Shown here: positions 54,530 to 64,000 of the stretch, piece by piece
Layout of the letters: every line of letters starts with the position of its first letter
Position numbering within the stretch: the first letter of the stretch is position 1
Virus record (IMG/VR): IMGVR_UViG_3300035698_010295
Location: 1-64,000 of that record
Reading direction: 5' to 3' (one strand)
DNA from: a virus
DNA: 64,000 nt
Made by a program: the position numbers and the translations under genes
The notes under the pieces: model-generated
Database searches by the model: none
Told to the model about the DNA's origin: nothing
What the model saw: the letters and a program-made list of their open reading frames with translations, nothing else

Positions 54530-55175
54530 AATACTCCTGAACTTTCTTGTGACCCCAATGTAAAATTATTGGATTTTCAATCCCAATATTTTCTTTACAA
54601 ACACACCATTGCGGTGCTAAAGTGTATAGTGGAATACATGCTTCTTTTTCAGCAAACCATAAAGACATTGTACCACGAGTTGGTTTTTCAATAATTTGTT
54701 TACAGAAACTATCAATAAAATTTTGACACTTATTCTTATAATAAATTAATGGCGACGTATTATGTGCTGTAGCGTTTGTAAATTTTGTTTCATGTTTTTG
54801 TGAATTTCTGCCTATTAAATCATCTTTACCTACTAGTAATCTAGGACTTATAGGAGCACAAATTTTAAATTTCTCTGCTAAATCAAAACCTTGTGACCAA
54901 TTATCATTCACAATACGCATGTCATCATCAAGGTAGAAAATAAGATCTTCTGTTAATTGTTCAGAACCTTTAAGTCGCCAGTAATTAGATGCAGTCCAAT
55001 TCTTATATGTACCTTGAAAAAAATTATCAACAACAATAGTTTTAGCTTCAGGGTGGGAGTTTTCCTCAAGGTCAGAAAATATATAGATTGGTAAATCTGT
55101 ATATTTTCTAATGTTAATTATAAAAGATTTTAAATTTCTAATACCAAAAGCTGTTGTTATTATACATCTTTGCAT
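54510..55175 (-). CDS. GT-A-like glycosyltransferase (paralog 1)
   Basis: YLDDDMR (DxD), PQWC, ILH. Confidence 0.6.
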   Translation of the reverse strand: MQRCIITTAFGIRNLKSFIINIRKYTDLPIYIFSDLEENSHPEAKTIVVDNFFQGTYKNWTASNYWRLKGSEQLTEDLIFYLDDDMRIVNDNWSQGFDLAEKFKICAPISPRLLVGKDDLIGRNSQKHETKFTNATAHNTSPLIYYKNKCQNFIDSFCKQIIEKPTRGTMSLWFAEKEACIPLYTLAPQWCVCKENIGIENPIILHWGHKKVQEYYEQVKS

Positions 55176-55846
55176 TAAATCAAGTTCTTATAATATGTTA
55201 AAACTTCCAAATGACCAGCATGTAAGATTATGGGATTTTCTATCCCAATATCTGACTCACAAACACACCATTGTGGTGCTAAAGTGTAAATATTGTATTG
55301 AGTTACCTTTTGTGCAAACCACAAAGCCATAGGTCCTCTACAAGGGTTCTTGAGAAATAGTTCACAATACTCTTTTATAAATACTAAATCTTTTTTATAT
55401 ATCAGAGGTGACATATTATGGATAGTAGCACATGGAAATCGTTTTTCGTGGTATTGTACATCTTGTCCTTTTAAATCATCTTTATACACTAACAATCTAG
55501 GACTTATTGGAATACAAAGGTTAAATTTTTCTGCTAGATCAAAACCTTGTACCCAATCATCATTTACAATACGCATGTCATCATCAAGATAAAAAATAAG
55601 ATCTTCTTCAAGTTGTTCAGAACCTTTAAATCGCCAGTAATCAGAAGCTCTGTAATTTCTATGTATACCATAAAATTGATTATGAACAATGATAGTTTTA
55701 GCTTCAGGATGACTGTTAGCATCTATATCAGAAAATATATAAATCGGTAAACCAGAATATTTTCTAATGTTAGTAATTAAAGGCTTAACATCACGAGGAC
55801 CATAAGCTGTTGTTACAAAGCATTTTTGCATTTTTGCCAATTCCAT
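55175..55846 (-). CDS. GT-A-like glycosyltransferase (paralog 2)
   Basis: Highly similar tandem duplicate of 54510..55175. Confidence 0.6.
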   Translation of the reverse strand: MELAKMQKCFVTTAYGPRDVKPLITNIRKYSGLPIYIFSDIDANSHPEAKTIIVHNQFYGIHRNYRASDYWRFKGSEQLEEDLIFYLDDDMRIVNDDWVQGFDLAEKFNLCIPISPRLLVYKDDLKGQDVQYHEKRFPCATIHNMSPLIYKKDLVFIKEYCELFLKNPCRGPMALWFAQKVTQYNIYTLAPQWCVCESDIGIENPIILHAGHLEVLTYYKNLI

Positions 55847-56538
55847 ATTTCAGTTGGGTTATTACAAATTGCATCGGGCAGCCAACCTTCATAGATCAAT
55901 AGTTTCAAGCGGCTTTTAAGATGTAAGACAATAGCTTTATTTTCAAGATAAGCTTCCTTCATTAGTTTTGCTGATTCTGTGCAATAATTATACTTCTCAC
56001 CAACGTCCACAATTTTAAGGTCTATTTCATGACGATCAATCCAACAAGCATTAAGAAAATCTTGATCCACCATCCAATCATGACCATATTTATGTTTGCT
56101 TAGTTTTCTAAATGCTAACCATGATGGTCTATTAATTTGATTAAGTTCTTCTTGAATTAGTGATCTAGTTTTCTTAGAATTACATAAAAAGAAAATTCCA
56201 CCATTAACTGGTTTCCGGTGTTTTCGTATCGTAATACCAAGATCAAAGTTGTTATTAAAAGCAGTGAAAGGATCAGCAAGAAAATACAAGTCAACATCAG
56301 CTACTAAAATCTGATCCCAATCTTTTAATGAACACATAAAATCATAAAGACATTCTATTTTACAAAGCATACGTCTGCCTGTAATTTGAGTGTCTTTAAT
56401 TCTGTGACTATGTTCAAAATTATCGGTGTCAGAATACACATGAATCTCAGCATCAGAATATTTTTTTAATGTGTTAATAGCTGTTTCTATATTATCATTA
56501 TTAGTGACCCGACTATAAAACATAAAACAATAATTCAT
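55813..56538 (-). CDS. GT-A nucleotide-diphospho-sugar transferase
   Basis: ADVD, VNGGIFF, DQDFLN, YN, VLH. Confidence 0.8.
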   Translation of the reverse strand: MNYCFMFYSRVTNNDNIETAINTLKKYSDAEIHVYSDTDNFEHSHRIKDTQITGRRMLCKIECLYDFMCSLKDWDQILVADVDLYFLADPFTAFNNNFDLGITIRKHRKPVNGGIFFLCNSKKTRSLIQEELNQINRPSWLAFRKLSKHKYGHDWMVDQDFLNACWIDRHEIDLKIVDVGEKYNYCTESAKLMKEAYLENKAIVLHLKSRLKLLIYEGWLPDAICNNPTEIWNWQKCKNAL

Positions 56539-57134
56539 AAATTTAATTTCCTTGCTGCTCTGCTAGCTTGAAAATGCTCAATGATTGGTGTTTTAACATC
56601 CATTAAATCAAAGATTTTACAATATTCCGGTGGTAGTTTATATTGTGTAATTTCAGCGTGATCTTTAATCATAGAATTAAACACTAAAGCAGATCTTCTA
56701 GATTCAATCTTACAACGGGTACGCCATTCTTTCATAAGTTCTATTGTATTAATATTTTTTCTAATAAAAAATGTACCCATTAAAGTTTCTTTATTTTTAA
56801 ACAAATGATAAGCTATATCTTCTTGTATCTCATTAAAAATTTCTGGAAAACTATATACACGTGCATCAGCATCCAGACTTAATAGTGGCTCATCAAACTT
56901 TTCAAACATATCTAAAATAAACTGTGGCCTATACTTAGCACAAGCTTTCCAACTACCTAACCTGGAAATTTTGCGTATGGAAAATTTCATATCTAATTTT
57001 TTGAGGTCATCTATTAATAATTGCACTTGCTTACTATAAAGCTTATCATCAGTATAATAACACACAACTCTAAATTGCTGATCATCTCTTGGCATCATAT
57101 CTCCCAAAAGTTGAAGCACTTGTATCAATAACAC
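56535..57134 (-). CDS. GT-A nucleotide-diphospho-sugar transferase (start probably MMPRD)
   Basis: LDADA, LPPEYC, IEHFQASR. Confidence 0.75.
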   Translation of the reverse strand: MLLIQVLQLLGDMMPRDDQQFRVVCYYTDDKLYSKQVQLLIDDLKKLDMKFSIRKISRLGSWKACAKYRPQFILDMFEKFDEPLLSLDADARVYSFPEIFNEIQEDIAYHLFKNKETLMGTFFIRKNINTIELMKEWRTRCKIESRRSALVFNSMIKDHAEITQYKLPPEYCKIFDLMDVKTPIIEHFQASRAARKLNL

Positions 57135-57966
57135 AATTATTAACTGCTTCAGTATAATTTATAGTTGGTAAAGATTCACTCAATCTTGTACCTTGAGCAT
57201 CAAAAAGTTGAAGACCTACTTTTTTTAACTCTGGTTGAATATCTTTAAAAAATTTAAGCAGTTTACTAAATGATGTATTATTAGTTTTAACAGAGCCAGT
57301 ACCTTTAATCTCAGAAAAACAGTAGGGTTGTCTAGGGTTCATTTCAAAATCTGCACCAATAATATATATTGTGCGGAATCCTAAGACATAGAGAATATGT
57401 ATAGCAGCTAACATTGAGCAACGAGTATTACCACATTCTTTAGTTGTGTTCCAACCTATATCATCATCATTAAACCAACCATCAAGTTCTGCCCTAACAT
57501 TTCGTTTAATGTATATAACGTTAGGGCTAGTGTGTACTAAATGAGTTGAACTATCATGATCATTAAAATATGGTTTACTAATATGCCTTAAATTCACAAA
57601 TTTCATTATTTTAGGATCTTTAAAAATTGATGACATAAATTTTCTAGGGCTATCCATTGCCGTCCAAAAATTAGACCTAAATGAATGACCACCATTATTA
57701 ATAGTCATAGTCATAACTCCAGGTTGATACAATAAATCAAGATTTAGTGTGTTACGGCTGGGGCCATTACATAATAGAAAGACTTTTTGGTCTTTCCAAA
57801 GATCTGTTAAATCGATTATTTCTACCTTATTTCGATAAAATTTCATTGATGTTATCCATAGATTGTCGGGACATTGGTTTAGTTTGTCTACACGGCCAGC
57901 TAATAAACAATATAAGTTAGCTCTTTTAATATAAGATTTAGTACAATCACCACAATTCATCATCAC
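57082..57966 (-). CDS. DUF115/MptE-like (Maf-type) protein
   Basis: LLCNGPS, INN, LGFRTIYIIGADF. Confidence 0.7.
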   Translation of the reverse strand: MMMNCGDCTKSYIKRANLYCLLAGRVDKLNQCPDNLWITSMKFYRNKVEIIDLTDLWKDQKVFLLCNGPSRNTLNLDLLYQPGVMTMTINNGGHSFRSNFWTAMDSPRKFMSSIFKDPKIMKFVNLRHISKPYFNDHDSSTHLVHTSPNVIYIKRNVRAELDGWFNDDDIGWNTTKECGNTRCSMLAAIHILYVLGFRTIYIIGADFEMNPRQPYCFSEIKGTGSVKTNNTSFSKLLKFFKDIQPELKKVGLQLFDAQGTRLSESLPTINYTEAVNNCVIDTSASTFGRYDAKR

Positions 57967-58114
57967 ACTCGGCTTGTTTAAATAAACACTTAAGCATCAT
58001 AAAACAATGACACTCTTTACAAAAGTAACCTGAACATTTTTTACAAATTCTTAGTCTTTTAAGATAAACTTGTACATTACTAAAAGGGTCTAAATTTAGT
58101 ATAGCATGATACAT
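57947..58114 (-). CDS. Small Cys-rich protein
   Basis: RLRICKKC...CKECHCF...KC...C...W. Confidence 0.55.
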   Translation of the reverse strand: MYHAILNLDPFSNVQVYLKRLRICKKCSGYFCKECHCFMMLKCLFKQAECDDELW

Positions 58115-58118
58115 AAAC

Positions 58119-61100
58119 CTAAACAGTTGGTTTACGATAGTTATAATAATCACAATATATTTCCCAAGGCTCTTCAGTTGGAGCAACAGATGTTTTACGA
58201 CCATTGTACTTACCATAATTAGGTGGACTAGCACTATCTTTTGTTCTCATTTTATAAGTATACAATCTCATTGGGTCTAAACTAAAATTATAATCACTGA
58301 GTACTCTGAGTTTGGTAACAGTAGGTATGTATTTTGCAGGTGTTTCATTTGAATCATAATTAAGCCTAACTTGAACAACAATAGCTGATGCATAAGTACA
58401 AACACCAACCCTCCATTTAGCATTAACATCATAAAGTTCTACAATATCACCCCATGCAATTTCAGAGTTTGTACAACTAAAATCTACTTGTGTGTCACTA
58501 TAGAAAGCTTGTGAACTAACAGACAACCATGGACCAAAAAAGTGTTGTATTGGTAAATTAGCAGCCGTTACTGTTTGACTTTTTGATGTGGTAGCAGATT
58601 GGACAACATCATTTATAGTTGACGTATACCACACTGGTGGATTACCACCAACATCCTCACAACTTACTACTTCCATACTAGCTTTAAGTTCAAATCGTGA
58701 ACCAGTATATTCCCAATAATACCAAGGTAATACTCGCCATGGCGGTGGATTGGGTATTGGTGGCCAAATATCGTCAAACGGATTTGTGGGTGGTTCTATA
58801 GCGTTCCATGTATCACGAGTCCATACATCTTCTGGTACAAGTTCCCAGTCAATTTCAAAAATAAAATGATCATTATTGGATACAGTGCAATTAAATATCT
58901 CTTGCATTAGACACTGTGTTGATGTGACAGTTCCCATACCACCAGCTAATGAACCTGTGTTTGTTGCACTAAAGTCCATAAATGGCCATTCTGGGATATA
59001 TAACCTATAAAATTGTGAGCTACCTACTTCCATTCCAACGTAGGCATAATATTCTATTGGTGTATCAGTCGTATCTCCTGTCGCAAATCCATGATTAGTT
59101 GTAGCACCATGGGAGTCATTCCAAGCTCCCGTTCCTTCGGTATCCCAATACTTCAGCTTAATAAGTATTGATTCTGAATTTAGTGCCTCAGCAACATGCT
59201 GAGCGGCCCGCACCGCAGTTTGATATTCAAATGCTTGCGCCCAGGGCATCCAATATGGTGGCCAACCAAGACCAACATATTGCCCCACAGCATAAGAAAA
59301 ATCGTGTGTATGCGATGGTGTATATGCAATCCAATATCCTCTTTGCTGTTTAGTATGTGATGGTGAATGCCATGCTCCTGTATAAATATGACTAAAATCA
59401 GCAGGAGGGGTATACGAATCCCAATCATCAGGATTAGATGGGAACATTGTTGTGAGGATTTTAGATGAATTATGATGTGCTGTAGGTTCTACAGGTGTTG
59501 ATCCATTAAAATTATTTACAATAACCAATGAACGACTCTCTAGTCCAACATCATATTTCTGCCATTTTGCTAGCTTTAGAAGTTCATGCATCTCTTGGAC
59601 TAATTCAACTTTTAAAGTATAAACATCATGTCTAGTGTAAGTATCATCATCTTCATCATGTTCATAAACTATCTCAATAGGATCATGACGCTGTGAAAGA
59701 TGATGACTGCCTGACAGTTTAATGTTAGGAACATTAAGTCCACCACCATTAGATATATAATCTAAACCAGATTCATCAAGATTAACATTAACTTTAACAT
59801 AGGTATAACCTAAAGCAAAAAAAGTTTGAGAAGTATCTGGTGGCACAGTATCTTGATACCAGACATCTATAACATCCACAGCGTCAGCAGAAACCATCCG
59901 TTTCCAACCACTGTGTGATAGAAAGACTACACCGCCCTTTAAGATATAATTTGTTTTATCACCGCTTATTTTAACTACACAATAGGCTGTCTCATATATA
60001 ACCTTATCTGTATCTAATACTTTTATATGCCCTTTAGCTTTTCCAATATAATAAACATCATAAGACCACTCTGTGAAATATGTTATATGTAGTGCATTTT
60101 CAGTGAACCAATCACCATCTTGATACCAAGCATAATAAATACTAGTATCTGGGCTGGCAGCATGATTTTCTGTGTATCTACCAGCATAACCGGCTGTATC
60201 AACATAATCATCACCATCAGGTGGTGCACCTAACTCATAAGGACGCATATATTTACGTGAAACTCTACCCAAAGAATTTTGCCATGTTGGCCTCCAACAT
60301 GCGACTGGTTTAGGTAGGGCTGTATCCACAGCATCTGTATCGGCAGGATTCCAACTAGAGGCATTAGCCCTAAGACTAACATTACCAATACCATAACTTC
60401 TGGCATCAGCACGACCTGCCACTGTGCCCCAGGCTGTATATGGTTTTGCGGTGTCGAAGTACCAATCATGCTTATAAGTATAACCTGACCCTACTGTATA
60501 GGAAGCTGATTGTTTATATGCTAACATTGCTTCAAAACCACTTTCATGATATCCAAGTAATGGGCTTTTAATATCAATAAGATTTTCCCAGGCTGAATTT
60601 TGTGAAGTCCAATTTTCGGAAGAATTCTTACAAAACAATTGATACTGTTCATAATTATTACCATAATTAGACCAGTCATTGCTTCCAGATGTACTTATTG
60701 GCAACCTAAGTGAAAGTGTGCTTAATATAGCTTCAATGTGGTTTTGATAACCGCCATACATTTTAGGATTCCACAAACCTTGAAAAAGTTCGGGTTCTGG
60801 ATTTCCTGTTTGTCCATTTAATTTACCATGTTGACCACCATATCCAGCAGAATAATTACTTTGCCCAGAAGAAGAATGACCATATTGATTTGCGTACACT
60901 TGCTGACTCTGATGAAACTTTAATATTGAATCACCAGAAACTGCAATATTAGTGCGTGTCCATCCAGACCTAAAATCAAAAACAGGTCCAAGATAATCTG
61001 GGTCTGTTATTATTTTAGAATCAAATGGTATTTTTTCTTTATATTGCCAGTGTGGAATGTTAACATCATCAAGATAAACTATTGGCCTAAAATTTTCAAT

Positions 61101-61664
61101 AGCTTCAACCTGTGTTGGTAAACTTTCACTAGCTGAAGCAAAATATTCATGTATTGCTGGGTCTTCATCACCATAAGTTGTAGTGTCTCTGGCACAACGC
61201 ATAGCTTGACTATTAACATCACTATGATGATACTTATTATTACTAGCCCATAATGACCACCAACCTCTAGCAGATACCCATTGACTAGGTCCTGTATGAT
61301 ATATTCCAGGTGGTGATTTAGTTGGATCAGTAGATTGTTCTTCATCAACATCCTTATTATTTATCCAACGCTGTTTTATATCAGGTACAATGTAGTCTAT
61401 ACCATATCTAACAAGCTTACTACCACAACCCCATCTCAATTGATCAGAATCTGGATCAGCATCTATAACTGGTGTCCACAAATCTGCATCGTCCCAATCA
61501 TCATAATGACCAGCACCGGGATTACAAAGTAACCACAGTCTTTTTCGTAAATCCTCAAAAAAATCTGCAGAAATTGGCCTTTGCTCAGTATCAGTACCAG
61601 CAATATAATCATCAAGCCAAGTCCAATCAGCTTTTTCCCAATCTAATTGTACATATGTTACCAT
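58119..61664 (-). CDS. Large virion/tail-associated protein
   Basis: 1181 aa, rich in aromatic, acidic, Ser and Thr residues; end of the tail gene run. Confidence 0.6.
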   Translation of the reverse strand: MVTYVQLDWEKADWTWLDDYIAGTDTEQRPISADFFEDLRKRLWLLCNPGAGHYDDWDDADLWTPVIDADPDSDQLRWGCGSKLVRYGIDYIVPDIKQRWINNKDVDEEQSTDPTKSPPGIYHTGPSQWVSARGWWSLWASNNKYHHSDVNSQAMRCARDTTTYGDEDPAIHEYFASASESLPTQVEAIENFRPIVYLDDVNIPHWQYKEKIPFDSKIITDPDYLGPVFDFRSGWTRTNIAVSGDSILKFHQSQQVYANQYGHSSSGQSNYSAGYGGQHGKLNGQTGNPEPELFQGLWNPKMYGGYQNHIEAILSTLSLRLPISTSGSNDWSNYGNNYEQYQLFCKNSSENWTSQNSAWENLIDIKSPLLGYHESGFEAMLAYKQSASYTVGSGYTYKHDWYFDTAKPYTAWGTVAGRADARSYGIGNVSLRANASSWNPADTDAVDTALPKPVACWRPTWQNSLGRVSRKYMRPYELGAPPDGDDYVDTAGYAGRYTENHAASPDTSIYYAWYQDGDWFTENALHITYFTEWSYDVYYIGKAKGHIKVLDTDKVIYETAYCVVKISGDKTNYILKGGVVFLSHSGWKRMVSADAVDVIDVWYQDTVPPDTSQTFFALGYTYVKVNVNLDESGLDYISNGGGLNVPNIKLSGSHHLSQRHDPIEIVYEHDEDDDTYTRHDVYTLKVELVQEMHELLKLAKWQKYDVGLESRSLVIVNNFNGSTPVEPTAHHNSSKILTTMFPSNPDDWDSYTPPADFSHIYTGAWHSPSHTKQQRGYWIAYTPSHTHDFSYAVGQYVGLGWPPYWMPWAQAFEYQTAVRAAQHVAEALNSESILIKLKYWDTEGTGAWNDSHGATTNHGFATGDTTDTPIEYYAYVGMEVGSSQFYRLYIPEWPFMDFSATNTGSLAGGMGTVTSTQCLMQEIFNCTVSNNDHFIFEIDWELVPEDVWTRDTWNAIEPPTNPFDDIWPPIPNPPPWRVLPWYYWEYTGSRFELKASMEVVSCEDVGGNPPVWYTSTINDVVQSATTSKSQTVTAANLPIQHFFGPWLSVSSQAFYSDTQVDFSCTNSEIAWGDIVELYDVNAKWRVGVCTYASAIVVQVRLNYDSNETPAKYIPTVTKLRVLSDYNFSLDPMRLYTYKMRTKDSASPPNYGKYNGRKTSVAPTEEPWEIYCDYYNYRKPTV

Positions 61665-62728
61665 GTAATACTCTCATTATCAGGTGTTGTTATAGTACCA
61701 CCACCATAACCAATAATATCACTACCTGTGTCGATGCTTATGTTTTGACCACCATTGTTAAATTTGGCTTGACCTGTATTCCATACTTCACTGGTTGTAT
61801 CAACACCGATTTCTTTAGCACCATCAGCATTAGTAGCACCAGACGCATCTAAAATACCACCATTCCAAACTTCAAATTTATCAACGATTGATGTAACCGC
61901 ATCCTTAACCTGCCAATAGAATGTACCACCAAAAATACGTAGTAAAGCACAATCCATATCAGCTTCACCAGCATTATCTTCTGTACCCCAATAGAATGTA
62001 CCACCTGTCATCAGTAATGGTGTATCTGTACTATTACTTAATGGGCTATCACAATAACAAGTACCAGCAAACATCCAAATCTCACCTGGGAGATCTGGGT
62101 CTTCATCAACATTAATACAACCTGTACCTATAGTAACTATGGCTGTTGAACCAATAATTTCCATTTTTGTAAAACAAGTATCATTTGATAATTGTAGTGC
62201 ACCAGCTGCAACTTGTATTAAAGTCCAATCTGCTTTATAATCAGCAGTATTTGTATCACTGGAAATGATTAAAGCACCGGCTGTTGAACCTATGTTCACT
62301 ATTAAACGTGTGCAAGCAGCTTCTGTACCAAGATTATCTGCTAATTCAATATAACCATAACCCGTTCCTTCATAGATAATTTTAGAGTCTGCACTATTGC
62401 TACAGCCTAATCCTATAGGTGTGCCTACAAGACCAAAAGCACCATCATAAGTACTATGCACATGGAGAGTTTCAAGATTAGGTTGGTCAGTGCTATCACC
62501 ACCAGTGACAGCTTGATAAGTATTATCATCAACGTTAAAATATGCTCGACTATCAAAGTGTACAGTATCGCCATCTGCTGGCTTTATACAACCGACTCCA
62601 GTACTTACAAGCCGCCAATTACTGTTTGTATATGGAGAACCGTCATCAAAATCCCATTCACTATTCAAATCACCTGTTTGTTCAGTATCATCATTACCAC
62701 CATTACCATGCCAATACATTTCTGTCAT
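61658..62728 (-). CDS. Beta-solenoid virion protein
   Basis: YWHG...W...NW...P..GDTV N-terminus and repeated GGTFYW/GGILD strands; GAGGTGA SD. Confidence 0.6.
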   Translation of the reverse strand: MTEMYWHGNGGNDDTEQTGDLNSEWDFDDGSPYTNSNWRLVSTGVGCIKPADGDTVHFDSRAYFNVDDNTYQAVTGGDSTDQPNLETLHVHSTYDGAFGLVGTPIGLGCSNSADSKIIYEGTGYGYIELADNLGTEAACTRLIVNIGSTAGALIISSDTNTADYKADWTLIQVAAGALQLSNDTCFTKMEIIGSTAIVTIGTGCINVDEDPDLPGEIWMFAGTCYCDSPLSNSTDTPLLMTGGTFYWGTEDNAGEADMDCALLRIFGGTFYWQVKDAVTSIVDKFEVWNGGILDASGATNADGAKEIGVDTTSEVWNTGQAKFNNGGQNISIDTGSDIIGYGGGTITTPDNESITW

Positions 62729-62736
62729 TAGTCACC

Positions 62737-63999
62737 TCACATGAAAACTGCTTGTACCTTAGTGTCAGCAACATTCCATCTTAAAGTGGAGGCTGACGGT
62801 GAACCTGCATAAGTTATTGTTTGAAGAAAATAATACACACCATCTTCTAAAATGATAGGTACTGTATCACCACGTTCATACCACGGAAAACAATCTCTAA
62901 GATCACTATCGCCCATGCCTATAGCTTTTGAAATTATTACTTCATCTGTTAAAGCCCAAATTAATGATACATTAGCTGCAATAGGTGCTTTGCCCACAAT
63001 ATCATTGTTGGGATGATCAACCCAATTAGTTGCTGTATAAATATCACCATTATATGTGCAAGTAGCACCTGCTGCATAATCTGTTGTTGATGACCAGTCA
63101 TCAGGCTCTGATGCTATTCTTACAGTATACCAACTTTTACCAGTAGGCATTGTTGAACTTAATGGATCTGGTGCTGTGATCGGGCGAATCACTTCACACC
63201 ACAATATTTCAGTTGCGGTAGTTGTTGGTTCTTCTGGTTCGGTTTCGGTATCTGGAAGTTCAGTTAGTGTTACTTCCTCAGTATCTTCTTCATGTGTGGG
63301 GGAGTGATCAGTTCCTGAACTTGTGGCAGTACCATCTTGTAGTTGATCAACAACATAATCTTTTGTTGCTAATCCTGTTGTTAAATCATCAGACACTGCC
63401 GACAGTGTGGCATAAGCATAACCACTGGCTGTAACAGTACCAGCCTCAATAGGTAACCAAGCTTCAATAGAAATTTTACCTGTAAGGGTATCATGACTAA
63501 TGTCTCTTATCATACAAATTATTGAGTCAGTACCCAGGAGATCATCTGTTAAGTCTAAAGTGAAGTGGTCAAAAATTTCTAATGGTAGTGCATTTAAATA
63601 TGTTCTAAAATTTATAATACGCCATGATCTAGAGAATCTTCCTAACCAAAAATTAGACATCTCTTGAACAAGAGCTTGACTATTATGCGTCCACCAAGTT
63701 TCTTGCAAAGGAATTTGACCATATGTATCTGTATTAAATTCAGTAATTAATTTACTTGGTTCTTTAGAATAGTCTAAATAATACTCAACCTCTAACCTAG
63801 TTAATATGTCTAAATAATTAGTTTGTGATATTTCAATTGAATCTATATCTATAACAGTATCATCTAATGTAACATCTTGTGTTTCATCGGGTTCATCAAA
63901 AAGTGCTCTTATATAAATAGTATCATAATCTATAACTAACGCACAACCTGATTGATAAGCTATCTCTCTGCAAACTTCAAGGGCATTACGCTTTTCATT
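62737..63999 (-). CDS. Tail tip/hub-like protein, 5'-partial
   Basis: The frame stays open to the window edge; contains a short carbohydrate-binding-like motif WSSTTDYAAGATCTYNGDIYTA. Confidence 0.6.
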   Translation of the reverse strand, partial: NEKRNALEVCREIAYQSGCALVIDYDTIYIRALFDEPDETQDVTLDDTVIDIDSIEISQTNYLDILTRLEVEYYLDYSKEPSKLITEFNTDTYGQIPLQETWWTHNSQALVQEMSNFWLGRFSRSWRIINFRTYLNALPLEIFDHFTLDLTDDLLGTDSIICMIRDISHDTLTGKISIEAWLPIEAGTVTASGYAYATLSAVSDDLTTGLATKDYVVDQLQDGTATSSGTDHSPTHEEDTEEVTLTELPDTETEPEEPTTTATEILWCEVIRPITAPDPLSSTMPTGKSWYTVRIASEPDDWSSTTDYAAGATCTYNGDIYTATNWVDHPNNDIVGKAPIAANVSLIWALTDEVIISKAIGMGDSDLRDCFPWYERGDTVPIILEDGVYYFLQTITYAGSPSASTLRWNVADTKVQAVFM

Positions 64000-64000
64000 A

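Noticed and set aside
1-64000. Alternative genetic code, diversity-generating retroelement or integrase
   Set aside because: Conserved genes are full-length under the standard code and use all three stop codons; no reverse transcriptase or tyrosine/serine recombinase motifs were recognised.

Overview
The window is a large, AT-rich part of a tailed dsDNA bacteriophage genome, and both ends run into structural genes. From left to right: (1) minus-strand packaging genes (a partial beta-helix protein, portal, lambda GpA-like large terminase, probable small terminase); (2) a 4.4-kb repeat- and hairpin-rich control region (5296-9713) with a cos/pac-like repeat zone, a candidate ~360-nt structured ncRNA, a few plus-strand genes each bracketed by inverted repeats, terminators, tRNA-His and a tRNA-like RNA; (3) a long minus-strand DNA/nucleotide-metabolism arm (PD-(D/E)XK nuclease, ATP-dependent ligase, UvrD helicase, dCMP deaminase, sigma-like factor, DHH and NYN enzymes, class II RNR, tRNA-Leu, Ro60/TROVE, VRR-NUC, family A DNA polymerase, intein-containing SNF2 helicase, ParB-like proteins); (4) a divergent primase-helicase, adenine methylase and exonuclease block; (5) putative lysis genes and a ~13-kb glycosyltransferase/methyltransferase/radical-SAM locus; (6) tail genes. 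The standout is the Ro60 gene, which is preceded by an array of six Y-RNA-like genes in three architectures: minimal, T-arm-containing, and full tRNA bodies whose anticodon loop is replaced by a circularly permuted Ro-binding stem. A mini-cloverleaf RNA lies among them. Other strong candidates are the large structured RNA at ~5895-6257 and a one-donor/three-acceptor long-range pairing system at 6641-7637. A prepilin/H-X9-D gene hints at a PVC-superphylum host. All calls come from reading motifs by eye; no searches or folding programs were run.
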